DNA of 64,000 nucleotides from Octopus vulgaris (taxonomy: Eukaryota). Position 1 is the first letter of the stretch, and each line of letters begins with the position of its first letter. The stretch is from contig OX597814.1 of NCBI GenBank assembly GCA_951406725.2, positions 193,564,001 to 193,628,000 on the forward strand, written 5' to 3'. The position numbers and the translations under genes are program-made. This document shows, one piece after another, positions 25,131 to 40,473 of this stretch. The notes beneath the pieces were generated by a model. It was not told the origin of the DNA, ran no database searches, and worked only from the letters and a program-made list of their open reading frames with translations.

Positions 25131-25560
25131 CAATTCAATTCAATTCAATTCAATTCAATTTTTATTGGCTCAAAAAGCAAAAGCAAGGCCATGTAGGGGG
25201 ACAGGGAGGGTGGTCATACAAAGAGTTCAGGCCATTTCTGGTCAAGAGAGACTTTGAACCGAGCGGTCGTCGGCATCTTCACTATCTCGTCCGGCAGCTT
25301 ATTCCACGGATCCGCAACCCGGACGGAGAAAGCCCCTCTCCTTCGATTGAGATGAAATCGTCGTAGATAGAGCTTTTCGGAGTGACCCCGCAGCCCACGC
25401 TCTGGAGCAGGAGTGAAGAACAGCTCTTTCGAGAGGTTACACTTTCCGCTTATGATGGTGTGAGCGAGAATGAGATCGCCATGGCATCATCGTTTTTCGA
25501 GAGAATAAAGGTCGAGCGTCTTCAGCCTTTCTTCGTAAGACAAATGCTTGAGACCAAGAT
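25131..25560 (-). mobile_element. CR1-clade LINE 3' fragment with (AATTG)n tail
   Basis: GLKHLSYEERLKTLDLYSLEKR*..GDLI...LRGHSEKL...FSVRVADPWNKLP...FKVSLD, stop at 25214-25216, then AATAAA and a pentamer tail. Confidence 0.9.
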
Positions 25561-25700
25561 GCATATGTAATTAAAATTGAAAATTGAACATTTTACTCAG
25601 GTTTGTAGTTTTCGTATAGAAATATTGCTGACCATGTGTTTACATTTTCATGCTCATGCTGCTATGGTAGTGCATATGAGGGAAGATATTATATATTTGT

Positions 25701-25768
<68 letters not shown>

Positions 25769-26072
25769 ATACTCCTTATAATAACAATATTTCGGTTTCC
25801 TGGCATACATGTCATTATGGCATGCATAAAAACATAATTTTCTTTCATTGTTTTTGCGGCTTCTTAATTCCTGCTTCGTGGTGATTTCAGATATGATTTA
25901 TCTTCCTGGAAGCTTGCTGTCACACGTTCTATTATTATTGTCTTGCATATTTTTACTGTTCCACTCACAGCCTGCACTTTTAAGGTATGTATGCATATAT
26001 GTATATATGTATGCATGTATGTATATATGTATGCATGTATGCATGCATGTATGCATATATGTATATGACGCC

Positions 26073-26268
26073 ATGATAGATCGTTAGCCACTACACACAT
26101 TTTTCCTCCCCTTGTTTCTCTCCTTGTTTTTTTCTGTGTCCCTTTCTGTAGAAGAGCGTAGGCTCGAAATGTAAAAGACTTTTTCTATTCCTGAGCGTTA
26201 TACTAATACAGCTGTTTGTTTTGTACACCACCTGTCTTCGTCTTTTGTTTTTTTCGTAAACTCTCCTT
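26073..26268 (+). mobile_element. Hammerhead-variant short element, family P3 (motif 26142-26177)
   Basis: CUUU-CUGUAGA-AGAGC-GUAG-GCUC-GAAAUGU-A-AAAG; reverse copy at 28995-29179. Confidence 0.75.
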
Positions 26269-27177
26269 ATATGTATATATGTATGCACGTATGTATATAT
26301 GTATGTATGTAGTACGTATGTATGTATGCATGCATGTACGTACGTATATATGTACGTACATATGTATGTATGTATTGTATGTATGCGTACGCACTCGCAT
26401 CATACATACGTACGCGTATGTAAGTACTTTGTTTAGAGACAGTGGAATGTGAAATCACAATGTATACAGTCGAATCTAAAAACTGTGTATAGTGATTAGT
26501 CTGGGTATATCATATTTGATACCACTTCACTAATGTCTCTGCAATTGGGATTCATTTATAACAGAGGCACAGAATAAGGTTTACGAGATGGGGATTACAG
26601 AACTGCAGCGCACTCAAACCGGATATTTCGCTGAGACATCGGGAAATGTCGTTTATACTATAAACACAAGAATTCACAGACGAAAGTGAAGCTTTTGTGT
26701 AGCAGTGAGGAAATTTCTCTTAAATCCCTTCGTATAAGGTTACAGTGCTTATAGGAGAGGCAAAGTCGACTAAAATGCTTAACATGCAGTTTACAGCCGT
26801 AAAAGAGTGAAAGTAGATTGTGCTCAAAAAGGTGACGGCAGTTATATGAAAAAATTTCATAAAATGAGCGTGAAGGATTCCCTCCTTATGCTGCGTCCTC
26901 AGGCACTTACATGTATAGTACCTTTTGCTGATATATTAAGTATTTCAGAAACAGAAGTAAGAGGATAATATATTCAGAAGCGAACAACATTAGCAAGTGT
27001 GATTGTTTCCATCTTCTATAAAATATGTGTGGCTTTCATATTATATTATAATATTGCTTCCTGACCATATGATTCCGGGTTCAGTCCATTACGTAGCATG
27101 TTGAGCAATAGTCTCTTCCTATAATACCGAGCAAAGCTTTGTGAGTGGATTTGGTAGGCGGAAGCTGAAAAACCCGT

Positions 27178-27225
<48 letters not shown>

Positions 27226-27664
27226 AGAAATGACCTGGTTCTACTTCGATTAGGACGACAAGTGTTCCGGTTGATCCTCGGACCAACCGAAAAGCCTGCT
27301 TGTGAAACTGACGTTCAAGAGGTTGAGCCAGCTCCATAGACACGTGTACCCTTTACGTTCAAGGGAAGATTCAGCGTGACACAAATTTCGAGAAGGTTGG
27401 CCCTTTTAATTACAAATACAACTCATTTTTGCCAGTTGAGTGGAGCAACGAGAAATAAAGTATCTTGTTCAAGAACACATCGTACCGCAGGGAATCGAAC
27501 TCACGGCCTTACGATCGTGAGTTGAGTACCTTAGCTACTATGTCACGCGCCTTCTCCTGAGAAATGAGAAGTCGGAGAAATGACATGAGGAATATTTGAT
27601 ACGGGTAAGGCTTAACCCATCGCTCCACCAATTCTATAAGCTACCCCCAATGCTGGTGTTATTT

Positions 27665-28680
27665 ATTCTTTTCTACTCTAGGAATAAGGCCCGAAACTTT
27701 TGGAGAAGAGGACCAGTCGATTAGATAGATCCCAGTATGCAACTGCTACATAATTTATCGATTCTGAAAGGATGAAAGGTAAAGTTGACCTCGGCGGAAT
27801 TTGAACTCAGAATGTAAAGACAGGCAAAATACCTATTTCATTACTACCCACAAGGGGCTAAACATAGAGGGAACAAACAAGGACAGACAAACGGATTAAG
27901 TCGATTACATCGACCCCAGTGCGTAACTGGTACTTAATTTATCGACCCCGAAAGGATGAAAGGCAAAGTCGACCTCGGCGGAATTTGAACTCAGAACATA
28001 GCGGCAGACGAAATACCGCTAAGCATTTCGCCCGGCGTGCTAACGTTTCTGCCAGTTCACCGTCTATTCTGTGCCTATATATTCTTTTCTACTCTAGGCA
28101 CAAAACTCGAAATTTAGCAGGAGGGGGCTAGTCGATTAGATGACCCCAGTACGCAACTGCTACTTAATTTATCGACCCCGAAAAGATGACCGGAAAAGTC
28201 GACCGCGGCGGAATTTGAACTCAGAACGTAGCGGCAGACGAAAGACCTATTTCTTTACTACCCACAAGGGGCTAAACACAGAGGGGACAAGCAAGGACAG
28301 ACAAACGGATTAAGTCGATTACATCGACCCCAGTACACATCTGGTACTTAATTTATCGACCCTGAAAGAATAAAAGGTAAAGTCGACCTCGGCGGAATTT
28401 GAATTCTGAACGTAACGACAAACGAAATACTGCAAAGCGTTTCGCCCGGTATGCTAACGATTCTTTTCTGCTCTAGGCACAAGGTCCGAGATTTTAGTGG
28501 TGGGGGGGGGGCAGTCAATTAGATCGACCCCAGTACGGAACTGGTACTTAATTTATCGATCCCGAAAGCATGAAAGAACAAGTCCATCACGGCAGAATTT
28601 GAACTAAGAACGTAAAGACAGACGAAATACTGGTAAGCATTTTGAGCGGCTTGCTAACGTTTCTACCAGCTCGCTGCTTT
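27665..28680 (-). mobile_element. Head-to-tail cluster of five SINE C units (two dimers plus a monomer)
   Basis: Repeated gaaaggatgaaaggcaaagtcgacctcggcggaatttgaactcagaa cores with two alternating tail types. Confidence 0.85.
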
Positions 28681-28754
28681 GCTGGTGTTATTTATTAAGC
28701 GATGCTAAAATTAAAACAAGTATACAAATATTTTTTTTATAGATCCTTTACCCT

Positions 28755-28938
28755 TTATTTTTTACTTGCTTCAATCATTAGACTGTGGCCATGCTGAGGC
28801 ACCGCTTTGAAGAATCTTTAGTCAAATGAATCGACCTCAGTACTCGTTTGTTTTAATGACTGGTACTTATTCTATTGGTACCCTTTGCCGAACCACTAAT
28901 TTGCGGACTCGTAAACACTCCAACACCAGCTATCAAAT

Positions 28939-28998
<60 letters not shown>

Positions 28999-29174
28999 AG
29001 AATTCACGAAAAAAACAAAAGACGAAGACAGATGGTATAGACAAGAGACAGATGTGTTAGTTTAACGATCAGGAATTGAAAAAGTCTTTAACATTTCGAG
29101 CCTACGCTCTTCCACAGAAAGGGACACAAAAAGAAACAAGGAGAGAAAAATATGTGTGTAGTGGCTAGCGATCT

Positions 29175-29232
<58 letters not shown>

Positions 29233-29372
29233 ACAGGCTTCTATTTAGTTTCCGTCTACCAAATCCACTGACAAGGTTTTAGAAGACACTTGCCCATGGT
29301 GCCACGCAGTGGGACTGAACCCGGAAATATGTGCTTAGGAAGCAAGCTTCTTATCGCACAGCCACGCCCGCG
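28755..29372 (-). mobile_element. SINE family A with nested P3 element (28995-29179) in its TA tract
   Basis: Tail 28755-28935, head 29233-29372. The insert carries CUGUGGA-AGAGC..GCUC-GAAAUGUU at 29086-29121. Confidence 0.8.
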
Positions 29373-30029
29373 CTCATAACGTACGATATCTAGATTAAGA
29401 TTATCATTATCACAGTAACACAGTCCATTACTCACTACTTATAGAGGGGGATATCTTAAATATAATTTCTAACTGCATATTCTCCATTCACCTGCTTCCA
29501 CTATCTGATATATACATAAACCGTGTTTTGGTGTGAGTGTATGTATGTGAAAGAGAGAGAGACAGAGACAGAGAGAGAGAGAGGGAGACAAACAGACAGA
29601 AGACAGAGCTGGCTGACTCACGTTAAACTGAATAATTTTGGCAAGATTTCACTAAATTAATTTGCTCCTAACTAGACAGGTCTCTTGTATCTCTCTGAAG
29701 ACGATCAGGAAATCTCATCATTATCTGCCTTGTCTACATGTGGGCATACATACATACATACATACATACATACATACACACACACATACATACATACATA
29801 CATACATACATACATACATACACACATGCATTTACATATGTGTGATTGTGTATTTCTCTGTCTGCTTGTCTGTGTGTATATACACACACATACAGACGCA
29901 CACACTCACACATATATACATACATACATATATCCACACATACATACATACGTGTATATAGATATATTAGATATATAGAGCTAAAAATAATAGTAATAAA
30001 AACAGATATAACAACAGCAACAATAACGA

Positions 30030-30585
<556 letters not shown>

Positions 30586-31109
30586 TAATAATAAGGATAT
30601 TAATCCATCATCACTCAAAAGTTCATGAAACTCGGATTAACAACAGTTTTAATTACAGATATTGTTATTATTGATATCGTTGTTGTCGTCATCGATGTTG
30701 TTGCTTTTATAAATATTTATTTACCAACGTCTGCAGTGCAGCCAAAATTTACTGGTTGCGCGGTGTCAAGAATAAAACATCCTGTTTGATATCGTAGATA
30801 TCTATCCTTCGATATCGAAATAGCTTTACACAAAATCTATTGACTTCAGTTGACAATTTAGTAAAATTAGCGACCTCGATCTCAGGAGGATTTTCAACCT
30901 TTAGAAGTTACTTTTGTTTCACGATTATTCCCCCAAGGTAAAAAAATGAAAAAAAGAGGAAAGGAATACTGCTTGGCGTATCCTTTGAGAGTTACGATAC
31001 AGCTAAGTCCACTGATCTCGTCAGGTTATTTTTCCGAATACCCCCCCCCCAAATGTACCCCTTCCCCAAGAGTTTGATCCTGTACAAAAAGTCCATGTGC
31101 ACGTCTACG

Positions 31110-32090
31110 CCATCGATAAGTTCAGGAAAAATATTATAAACATATTCAAAGAATTCAGCAACGTATAACGGTTACCACCAACTTAACTCAGGTCGACTTC
31201 CTTGATGTCACCCTAGACTTCAAGGCTGACGGGTACAGAAAGCTTAATGTGGAAACTATTAATATCCATAGAAACTGCAACCACCCCCAGCCGTAATTAC
31301 AAACTTAGGCACAGGCATTTAACAGAAAAATCTCCAGTCCATTGAAGATGAGAGAAATCTTCAACAGAACCACACCTCATTTTAACGAAGGAACGGATTT
31401 ACTAAGTTAGTCTAGCTGAAAGATTCATCCCTCTCCCACAAACCCGTAGCGAGTTAGAAAGAGAAAGGTGATTTAGTTTAATCTACGGAGCAATCTAGAT
31501 TTGTGTATCAATGTAGTTAGAAGTTTCTTGTTGCTAATTAGATAGCATTTCCAAAGAACACTTAGTTATCATAAACTTCTTAACACCCATAACGTCATGG
31601 TTAGGTATTCGTGCTTAGAAGATATCGTTTCCAATAATGCACGCAATAATAGAAGTAAACGCCTACGCAGTGTCCACCACACACTCAGCTAGTAACTGCA
31701 GAGGGAAAATCCCACCTCTCAAAGCCTAAGTCTATTGAACTATTTTCATACCTTCCAATTGCATCACGAAACTCTACGAGAGCGTAACAGCCAGTAATTT
31801 CAAAGGAAGTTTTACGCATCACATGAACTCCTTTAGGTGTGAGGACTGATAAAACTACCTCTCTGTGCTGCCTCATCTAAAGATTTCGTAACCAAGGATC
31901 CAACTTGACAATGTCAAAAGGGATATCATTGACAGCGTCTCTCCTTACTCACCTGAAGTTCGTAAATGATAAATCAATCTCTGTGAGAAATTACAAATAC
32001 GGAAATATCCTGCAGTCTTCCTTAAAGAGATCTTTCCTATTGCCGATCTATCCAATAACTGTTATTAAAGACATACCCTGTTAATAAATT
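31110..32090 (+). pseudogene. Penelope-like element fossil: RT C-terminus plus C-terminal GIY-YIG region (probably Nematis-like)
   Basis: IDKFRKNII..ITVTTNLTQVDFLDVTLD..NCNHPP..IFNRTTPHFNE..RKRKVI*FN..HKLLNTHNVMVRYSCL..NCR..FTHHMNSFR..NLCEKLQI, with many stops and frameshifts. Confidence 0.8.
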
Positions 32091-33836
32091 CCAATCTGTT
32101 GGCTACTGATAACTCGGAAAGATCATCTTGACCATAACCGGCCCGTGCACAATTGTGGGGTATATAATCCCTGTTACATTATGCAGCAATACAAGACGCG
32201 CAAACTGTTGCGTAACCTAACATCACCAAACCGGTTAAATAGCCAAATAGTAGACCAGTGACTATCATTAGCTGACTCTCAAATCTAACAGGCCGCCGAC
32301 TGTTTGACTCCAATATACTGTCTGCTCTATCACGTGGAGCGTATAATCGAATGAATCATTTCTGCGGCTTAACCAAAGTATCCATTAAACTGACAAAGAG
32401 AAGCCTAGATTTTTTTTATCAAGATTTCATTTATAAATTTCTTTTAAAATCTCTTCACTTCGACTCCGCAATCTAAGGATGTTGGTTCATTCTGCGTCTA
32501 CGAGACTTGGAGCTGAGACAGTTATTATCCACTTATAGAGAATTCCAACTAAATGTGTTGATCATAACTTACCACTGAGTGGAAACTTGTAAATGTGTGC
32601 GCTGTTTTCATCTGTTTTTGCGTTTGTATATCTGTGTTTGTATATAAAGTGCTCGTGTTTGTCCTTTACCGCCGCTTGACAACCGGTATTGATGTGTTTA
32701 CGTCTTCGTGACTTAGCGTTTCGGCAGTAAATGAGACCGATAGAATAACTACCAGACTTGAAAATATATACTTGAGTCGTCTTATTCCACTAAACATTTC
32801 AGGACGGTTTCCCCAGCTTGGCAGCAATCTAATGATTGAAACAAGTTAAAGAGGAAATATTCCCAAGAATTCGAAGCAACCATGTACTGGCAGGCACCGT
32901 TATTGTCTTGGAGTGTTTCTCTAACTTTTCAGAGGCAGAAAAAAAAAAAGCGAGGCATAAAAATATTGTAGTATAAAAGTTCACGAACAATCCTCAGGGT
33001 CCGCCATAAATCATAAATAATCCACAAGCCGTTGATAATATTTTATAACATGCTGTTAATTGATAACATTCTCGTTATTGTAACCAAATCTCAACTTGAA
33101 AAACGGTTTGCTTCCTGTATCATCATGTTTGTTGCTGGACTGATTTAAAGTATACTGACGTTGTTACGTTGAAAGGACGACGGTGTCATGGGTGTTAAAC
33201 AACTAAAGCTGTTCACCATAAGATAGCCACTTTCGTTAATAACTTTGTACAATGACAAATATATAGAGATATTTTATACCAAATATCCCTTTGTGATAGC
33301 TTGCTAAGAAACAACATATGGTGAGATATCCGCCTTCCTGCTATTAAATTGTAGATCAAACCTTAAAAAGGAATGACATACGATTATAAATTCTATTCAG
33401 GTTGTCATGAAAGTTAAAAGGCGTTTTGTATTTCAAAACCATTACCGTTATCATTCGTACAACAGTTTTGCCCAGTGAGATACTCTTTATGGCTTCCATT
33501 TTGCCTGTCGACAGGTCGTTACCAGATAGAAAATGAATCGCGAAATGTAATAACGTTGAAGGTTGTTATATTTTTGTTTGTTTGTTTTTTTAGTATTTTT
33601 GTTGCTGTTGTTGTTGTTGTTGTTTCACAAATAATCGACATTGAATAGTTCAGATGTAAAGTATTTAAACAAAGAGTGTTTATCACTTTTTTATGTTCTG
33701 GACACAAAGTTGAACATTCTTACAAACAAACTTAAGCACAAGCATACCTGTACACAAACACACGCAAACTTACACACCAAATCCCTTTTCAGATACTCAT
33801 TATATACACGTGTGTGTGTGTGTATTTATATGTATA

Positions 33837-33872
<36 letters not shown>

Positions 33873-33881
33873 GTATGTATG

Positions 33882-33999
<118 letters not shown>

Positions 34000-34018
34000 C
34001 ATACATATATATATATAT

Positions 34019-34080
<62 letters not shown>

Positions 34081-34175
34081 AAATATTAAAACTACTAAGT
34101 CTCTCTAAAGGAGATTACGGCAGCGTTACTGGATATTAATAGTTATCGCCATACTAATATGGTAGTCTTTAAATA

Positions 34176-34382
34176 TAAGAGAAAACTGCCTTCAACAGGC
34201 AGTTTTTACACGCTAGAAGAAGTAGCACATTTAAGAGCAATCTTCAAAAAGGAATGAAAAATAAAAACTTTTACCTTATTATTTTTCATTCCTTAAGAAG
34301 ATTGCTCTAAAATGTGGTTTTGGTCGTTTTGACTACTTCTTCTAGCGTGTAAAAACTGCCTGTTGGAGGCAGTTTTCTCTTG
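34176..34382. repeat. Inverted repeat, ~90-bp arms, near a (TA)n tract
   Basis: aagagaaaactgcc..aacaggcagtttttacacgctagaagaagtag..gagcaatcttc..aaggaatgaaaaataa is mirrored at 34280-34382. Confidence 0.85.
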
Positions 34383-34420
34383 TGATTAAATGTACACAAT
34401 TTTATATTTAAGTATACATA

Positions 34421-34789
34421 CTTTACTTGTTTCAGTCATGTGACTGTGGCCATGCATGAGCACCGCCTTTAGTCGAGCAAATCGACCCTAGGACTTATTC
34501 TTTGTAAGCTTAGTGCTTGTTCTATCGGTCTCTTTTGCCGAACCACTCAGTTACATCGGTTGTCAAGCGACAATCACAGACACACAAACATACACACACA
34601 CACATACATATATACATATACATATAGGCGACGGGCTTCTTTCAGTTTCCGTCTACCAAATCCACTCACAAGGCCATGGTCGGCCCGAGGCTATAGTAGA
34701 AGACACTTACCCAAGGTGCCACGCAGTGGGACTGAACCCGGAACCATGTGGTTGGTAAGCAAGCTACTTACCACACAGCCACTCCTACG

Positions 34790-34792
<3 letters not shown>
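34421..34792 (-). mobile_element. SINE family A
   Basis: Matches 713-1140 with a short internal deletion. Confidence 0.85.
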
Positions 34793-34837
<45 letters not shown>

Positions 34838-35389
34838 TATATACATACATATTTATATACACACAACTACATATAATTAGAGAGAGAATTAATGCTGGAA
34901 GTGGGAAGTTATGATCCCAGCCCTTTCAGGCTATCTTGAATGACAAAGAAGAATAGTTTGGTTCTCAATAAAGTACAGACACAAACACATAAAAAACACA
35001 TTTATATTGCTACAATTACTAAAGTGCGTGCATACATATTATGTGTGTGTGTGTGTACTTGAACTTGTTCCATAAAGGATCCACCCCAAATAGCCAGACA
35101 GTTGCCATGTACATGGCTTCTTTATCGTCTGCAAATGCAAAGAATTAATTATTATCAACAGCAGCAACAACAACAGCAATAATTCTTTCTAGTTTTGGCA
35201 CAAAACCAGCAATTTTCAAAGGAATGGGACAGTCGGTTACATTGGTCCCAGTGCTTAGCAATTTCACCTCAGAATACAGAGTCGGAACAAATGCTGCTTA
35301 GTAATTTTATCCGACATGCAAACGATCCGCCAGCTCGTCCCCTTGACATTAATAATAGTTAGAGCGGCGAGCTGGTAAGAATCGGTAGC

Positions 35390-35795
35390 ATACAGGCGTA
35401 GGAGTGGTTGTGTGGTAAATAGCTTGCTTACCAGCCACATAGTTCCGGGTTCGGTCCCACTGCGTGGCACCTTGGGCAAGTGTCTTCTGCTATAGCCTCA
35501 GGCCGACCAAAGCCTTGTGAGTGGATTTGGTAGACGGAAACTGAAAGAAGCCCGTCGTATATATGTATATATATATATGTGTGCTTGTATTTTTGTGTGT
35601 CTGTGTTTGTCCCCCTAGCATTGCTTAACAACCGATGCTGGTGTGTTTATGTCCCCGTCACTTAGCGGTTCGGCAAAAGAGATCGATAGAATAAGTACTG
35701 GGCTTACAAAGAATAAGTCCCAGGGTCGATTTGCTCGACTAAAGGCGGTGCTCCAGCATGGCCGCAGTCAACTGACTGAAACAAGTAAAAGAGAG
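35390..35795 (+). mobile_element. SINE family A, full length
   Basis: Near reverse complement of 713-1140; preceded by SINE C remnants at 35183-35390. Confidence 0.88.
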
Positions 35796-36272
35796 AGAGA
35801 GAATATCCTCCTAAACAAGAACTGCAAGAAGTAAGAAATGCTTAGCTTCATATATCCCGAACACAGGAAACACTGCTTCTCGGAATTTACCCTTGATTTT
35901 CAAAGCAAGGAAATACTTTAGAACCCTTAAAATTACTAATCCTTTACAAAATTCAGATGAGACTTGCAAAAGATTACAGTTCCCTTACGTCTGGTGCTGC
36001 GTGTTGCTAGTCACACAAACGTTCTCGACCCCATTCAAAATAACATCAATGACAAAAAAAAAAAGGCTATTCAAACACTTAAAAATCTGACTCACAGTTG
36101 TGCTTTCTCCACTCCCTGCATAGATTACAGCGCTTCCTTTTCCTCCGAGTCACCTAGTCTCGCGATTCCTCCCGTCAGGCATCTTCGACCCTTCTCTCAT
36201 TTGTCACATTATCTCTCTTTGTCACATTATCGTGACCACAGCACCAGATCTCTCTCTCCCTCTCTCCCCCTC

Positions 36273-36382
<110 letters not shown>

Positions 36383-36639
36383 TATAGATAGATAAGTTTC
36401 TTTATTGGCCACACAGGGCTGCACACAGATGGGACAAGTTACAAGGTAGAGCTTTTCTTTTGGGGGATGAAAAAAAAAAGGGTGGCGTAGGTTTTCGATC
36501 AAAAGGGATCGTAAAAGGGGAAAAAAGAACAAAAAAAAGGAAAAGAAAAAAAGAAAAAGGGAAAATATATAGAGAGATAGATAGATAGATAGTTAGATCT
36601 ATCTATCTTTAATTGGTTACTCTTCCTACTAGTAATATC

Positions 36640-37030
36640 AATTTTTTCACAAATCATATCAAGTTGTCCTCATAATAGAATAACCCATTAGACCATGCAA
36701 TCAAAAGTGGATGGTCTTGAATGAAACTCCCTTGATCACAAGTCTGCTCAATGGTTGTGGTCTATAGAGCTTCCCTCACACCATCAGATGGCAATAAAAA
36801 AAAACTACACGGACATGACAACCGATGACGCCAACATAAGCTATACACAGCTCATACACACCTTCAGCTCCTCCTTCCTGTCTACTTTCATTTGCAGATT
36901 CCGCAAACACTGGTTTGAATTCCTCATCACCAAATGAAGTATCATTAAGAGGGCCTTCCCCTTACTCATTTGTAAAACGCAATTGCTATTTCTGTCTCCA
37001 TAACAGACTACTTATATTCCACCAACCTGA
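36640..37030 (+). pseudogene. Second Penelope-like GIY-YIG fossil
   Basis: VVYRASLTPSDGNKKNYTDMT..YTQLIHTF..TK*SIIKRAFP..NCYFCL follows the same motif order as 31700-32000. Confidence 0.6.
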
Positions 37031-37263
37031 ACTGTCCACCAACAGGAAGATGTACGGTCGGTTAATGCATTTCAGAGCCATTGGCAGCTGATAATCCAGA
37101 TATACTACTTTAGTATCTTTCGGTCTAGTTGAAAAAAACCAATCCCAACTAGTTAGGATTCACAGTTAGGCATACATGTTTAAATGTTTACATATATATA
37201 TATGTATATATAATGTGTATGAGCGAATGTATGTATGTATATATATATACATACATATATATC

Positions 37264-37482
37264 ATTCAAAATGTGACCGCGTGTGTATCGTTGGCGATTT
37301 ATTTCCTCCGTCTTCCCTTCCTTGGATCTTTCCTTTTCTTATGTTTCTGACGAAGAACTCCGCTCGAAACGTTAAATCCTCCTTCGTTCTTTCCTTTCCT
37401 GAGCGTCCAATAACACTATTCTTGTTCCACGTCCTCGCATTGTTGTGTTTTCTGTTTGTGTTTTCATGTTTGGATTAACCAT
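37264..37482 (+). mobile_element. Family P1 element, hammerhead at 37343-37378
   Basis: GUUU-CUGACGA-AGAACUCCGCUC-GAAACGU-U-AAAU; followed by a ~165-bp (TA)n tract. Confidence 0.8.
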
Positions 37483-37484
37483 AA

Positions 37485-37655
<171 letters not shown>

Positions 37656-38847
37656 CACACACATATTTGAACGTATATACAAACACACATATACACCGCA
37701 TTTTCATACATTGAAATTCTACCAGAAATCCAAATGCCTAAACAACCACACAGTATATTTCCACAGTACCCCTTAGGTAATCCCAATAACCTTATAAATC
37801 TACATTTTAACTCATAATCTCTCTCGTACTTCAATATCACAGCCATCTAATTATATTCGTGTGTATATGAGTGTATGCATATGTGTGTGTATATGTATGT
37901 GTGTGTTTATGTGTGAATGTGTGAATGTATGTATGTAAGCAAGGTATATGTACCTGCGTGTACAGGGCCGAGAATACATATAGATACATGTATATATGGA
38001 TGTGCATGTGTACATATACATATGAGTACGAGTTGTATATGTAGGTATTAATATGTATAAATATCAAAGTCTAATATATGCATTTGTATACATTTTCACA
38101 TATATTTTCTTCTACTATTAAGCACTGACCTGTCCAACCACCTAATCTAAATTCCTAAATTCTTCATTTCACCATATTACTACCCCTCTTTCTGCCCCAT
38201 CACTAAAACTCTATCACTACATAACTGACACTCCGTTACCTGTTACACTATTATACCTCTCTCTTTCTATCACCTTCTATCTGACACTCCTTTACTCTAA
38301 TATATTTATATCCTTCTCTTTCAGTCACCCTAATCTTCCCACTCCAACTTTCAAGTTATCTTGACTGACCACTAACTGGTACACTTTCCCTGTCTTCATC
38401 TCTGTATTATCTCTCTCCTTGTTTTTCTTTTTTCTTTTTCTTTCTTTACTTTATTCCTCTCTTCCAGTTTTTTTCTTTCTTTTTCTTCTCTTCTCTTTTT
38501 TTTTCTTTTCCTTATTCCTCTCTTCCTGTTTTCGATCTGACCTTACAAATACATTCCCTACTTTTAGATCACTTTAAATAAAACCCTCGATTCCATAGCA
38601 CTATGTACAAACTCTATACTTGGAATGACCAACTTTAAATGCTATTGAAATTTATAATGAACAATTTTAAATACTATTGGAATTTACTCACAAGGTATTG
38701 GAATCTTACATGTATACCATTCTGCCTAAATAATGGATCTACAAATGCAGCATCCCTGCATATCTCACATCTGTTTTCATTCCTCCACTTCACTCTCTAT
38801 TTCGTATCTTATCTAAATTAAGTATTGCTTAGCCATTTTCTCACACC

Positions 38848-38895
38848 GTCTCTGATGAAGGGATATAATAAATATCCTGGAAACAGCTATAAGGC
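38848..38895 (+). ncRNA. Type I minimal hammerhead ribozyme in a Penelope-like 3' end
   Basis: GUCU-CUGAUGA-AG-GGAUAU-aaua-aAUAUCC-UG-GAAACAGCUAU-A-AGGC; the element ends in (TA)n at ~38965. Confidence 0.75.
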
Positions 38896-38971
38896 CTTCT
38901 ATTTATAAATGTTCTAAAATCTTCGCAGCCTTGATTTTTTTATCTCATTCTGAAAAAAAAAATTATATATA

Positions 38972-39007
<36 letters not shown>

Positions 39008-39242
39008 TGTATGTATGTATGTATGTATGTATGTATGTATGTATGTATGTTGATGGAAATAGCAGGACAACAAAAGAATGAAGGATACTTCGATATTATC
39101 CAAATAGAAGAATTTATCTGTAAATATATGTGACATTTATTCGGTAGCCATGATAAAACTCCGAGGTTCGCATATATATGTATATATATATATATATAAT
39201 TATATATTATATATATATATATATACATTATACATGTATATA

Positions 39243-39357
39243 TGGCCTGCTCGCTTAGCCAGTGGGGTGGCGTCATTCGAAGGCTAAAACAATGCGAACG
39301 CATTGTGACCAGCGATGTGTAACAACATCTGATGGTCTGGTCGGTCACATGATGATG

Positions 39358-39362
<5 letters not shown>
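39243..39362 (+). mobile_element. RTE-type LINE 3' UTR fragment
   Basis: gcattgtgaccagcgatgtgtaacaacatctgatggtctggtcg matches the 3' end of the RTE remnant at 50690-50745; short (GAT)n tail. Confidence 0.65.
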
Positions 39363-39398
<36 letters not shown>

Positions 39399-39549
39399 TA
39401 TTATATTACTCATTGATGTGTATTGTTTTGTTCTGTATTATTGTGTTTGATCTGGTTGTTCCTATGTAGTTGGTTAATAAATTATGTGAATTGGTATTAT
39501 CTGGTAGTTGATGATTGATTAAGATATATTCCTCCATTTTCTTATTTTG

Positions 39550-39583
<34 letters not shown>

Positions 39584-40269
39584 TATAATAAAATATAATA
39601 TAATATAATATAATATAATATAATATAAGGGTAAAAAATTATTAATTTAAAAAAAAAACACAATTATTTCCGGGTAGATTTCGGTAGGGAAATATAACCA
39701 TTATGTATGTATGTATGTATGTACGTATGTATGTATGTATGTATGTATGTATGTATGTATGTATGTATGTATGTATGTATGTATGTATGTATGTATGTAT
39801 GTATGTATGCATGTATGTATATAAATATGCAAGCATGATTTCTGTGTTTCTGTGTGTGAGAGTGTGAGCCGCTCGTATACATGTCTTTCTGTGAACCGTG
39901 CTTACGTGCTGTGCGTGTGTCTGAATACTCGTCTTTCGTAACACTTCTTTAAAGTAATATTCAGTTTTCTTTTTCAAAACAATTTTTCCTTTTTGATTAT
40001 TATCCGTTATTCCTGTTGGGAAATGTCTGCAAAAAAGATTTTCAATCAGAATAAAAATATCAAATGAAATACATTTTCGTGGGCCCTACTTCAGTTTACA
40101 CGCACTCATACACATATACACACAAGCACACATACACATTCATATGTGTTTATATGTTTATATATGACTGTTCGTATACACACACACACACACACACACG
40201 CACATATAAATGTATATACATAATATAAAATGTATATATATATATATATACACGCACATAAGCATATTT

Positions 40270-40309
<40 letters not shown>

Positions 40310-40473
40310 CGCTTATATGCGTATATGTATACATGTACATACACAAATTCATTTAATATATATATATATATATTTATATAAGTATAAACTTTATATATAT
40401 GTATATTTTATATATATGTGTATTTGTGTGTGTAGTGTGTGCTATCTATATTACCTATATATATATATATAAA

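Noticed and set aside
31960-31975. TGA at a conserved Cys position as selenocysteine
   Set aside because: The fossil has many other stops and frameshifts, the next codon is TAA, and I found no SECIS element.
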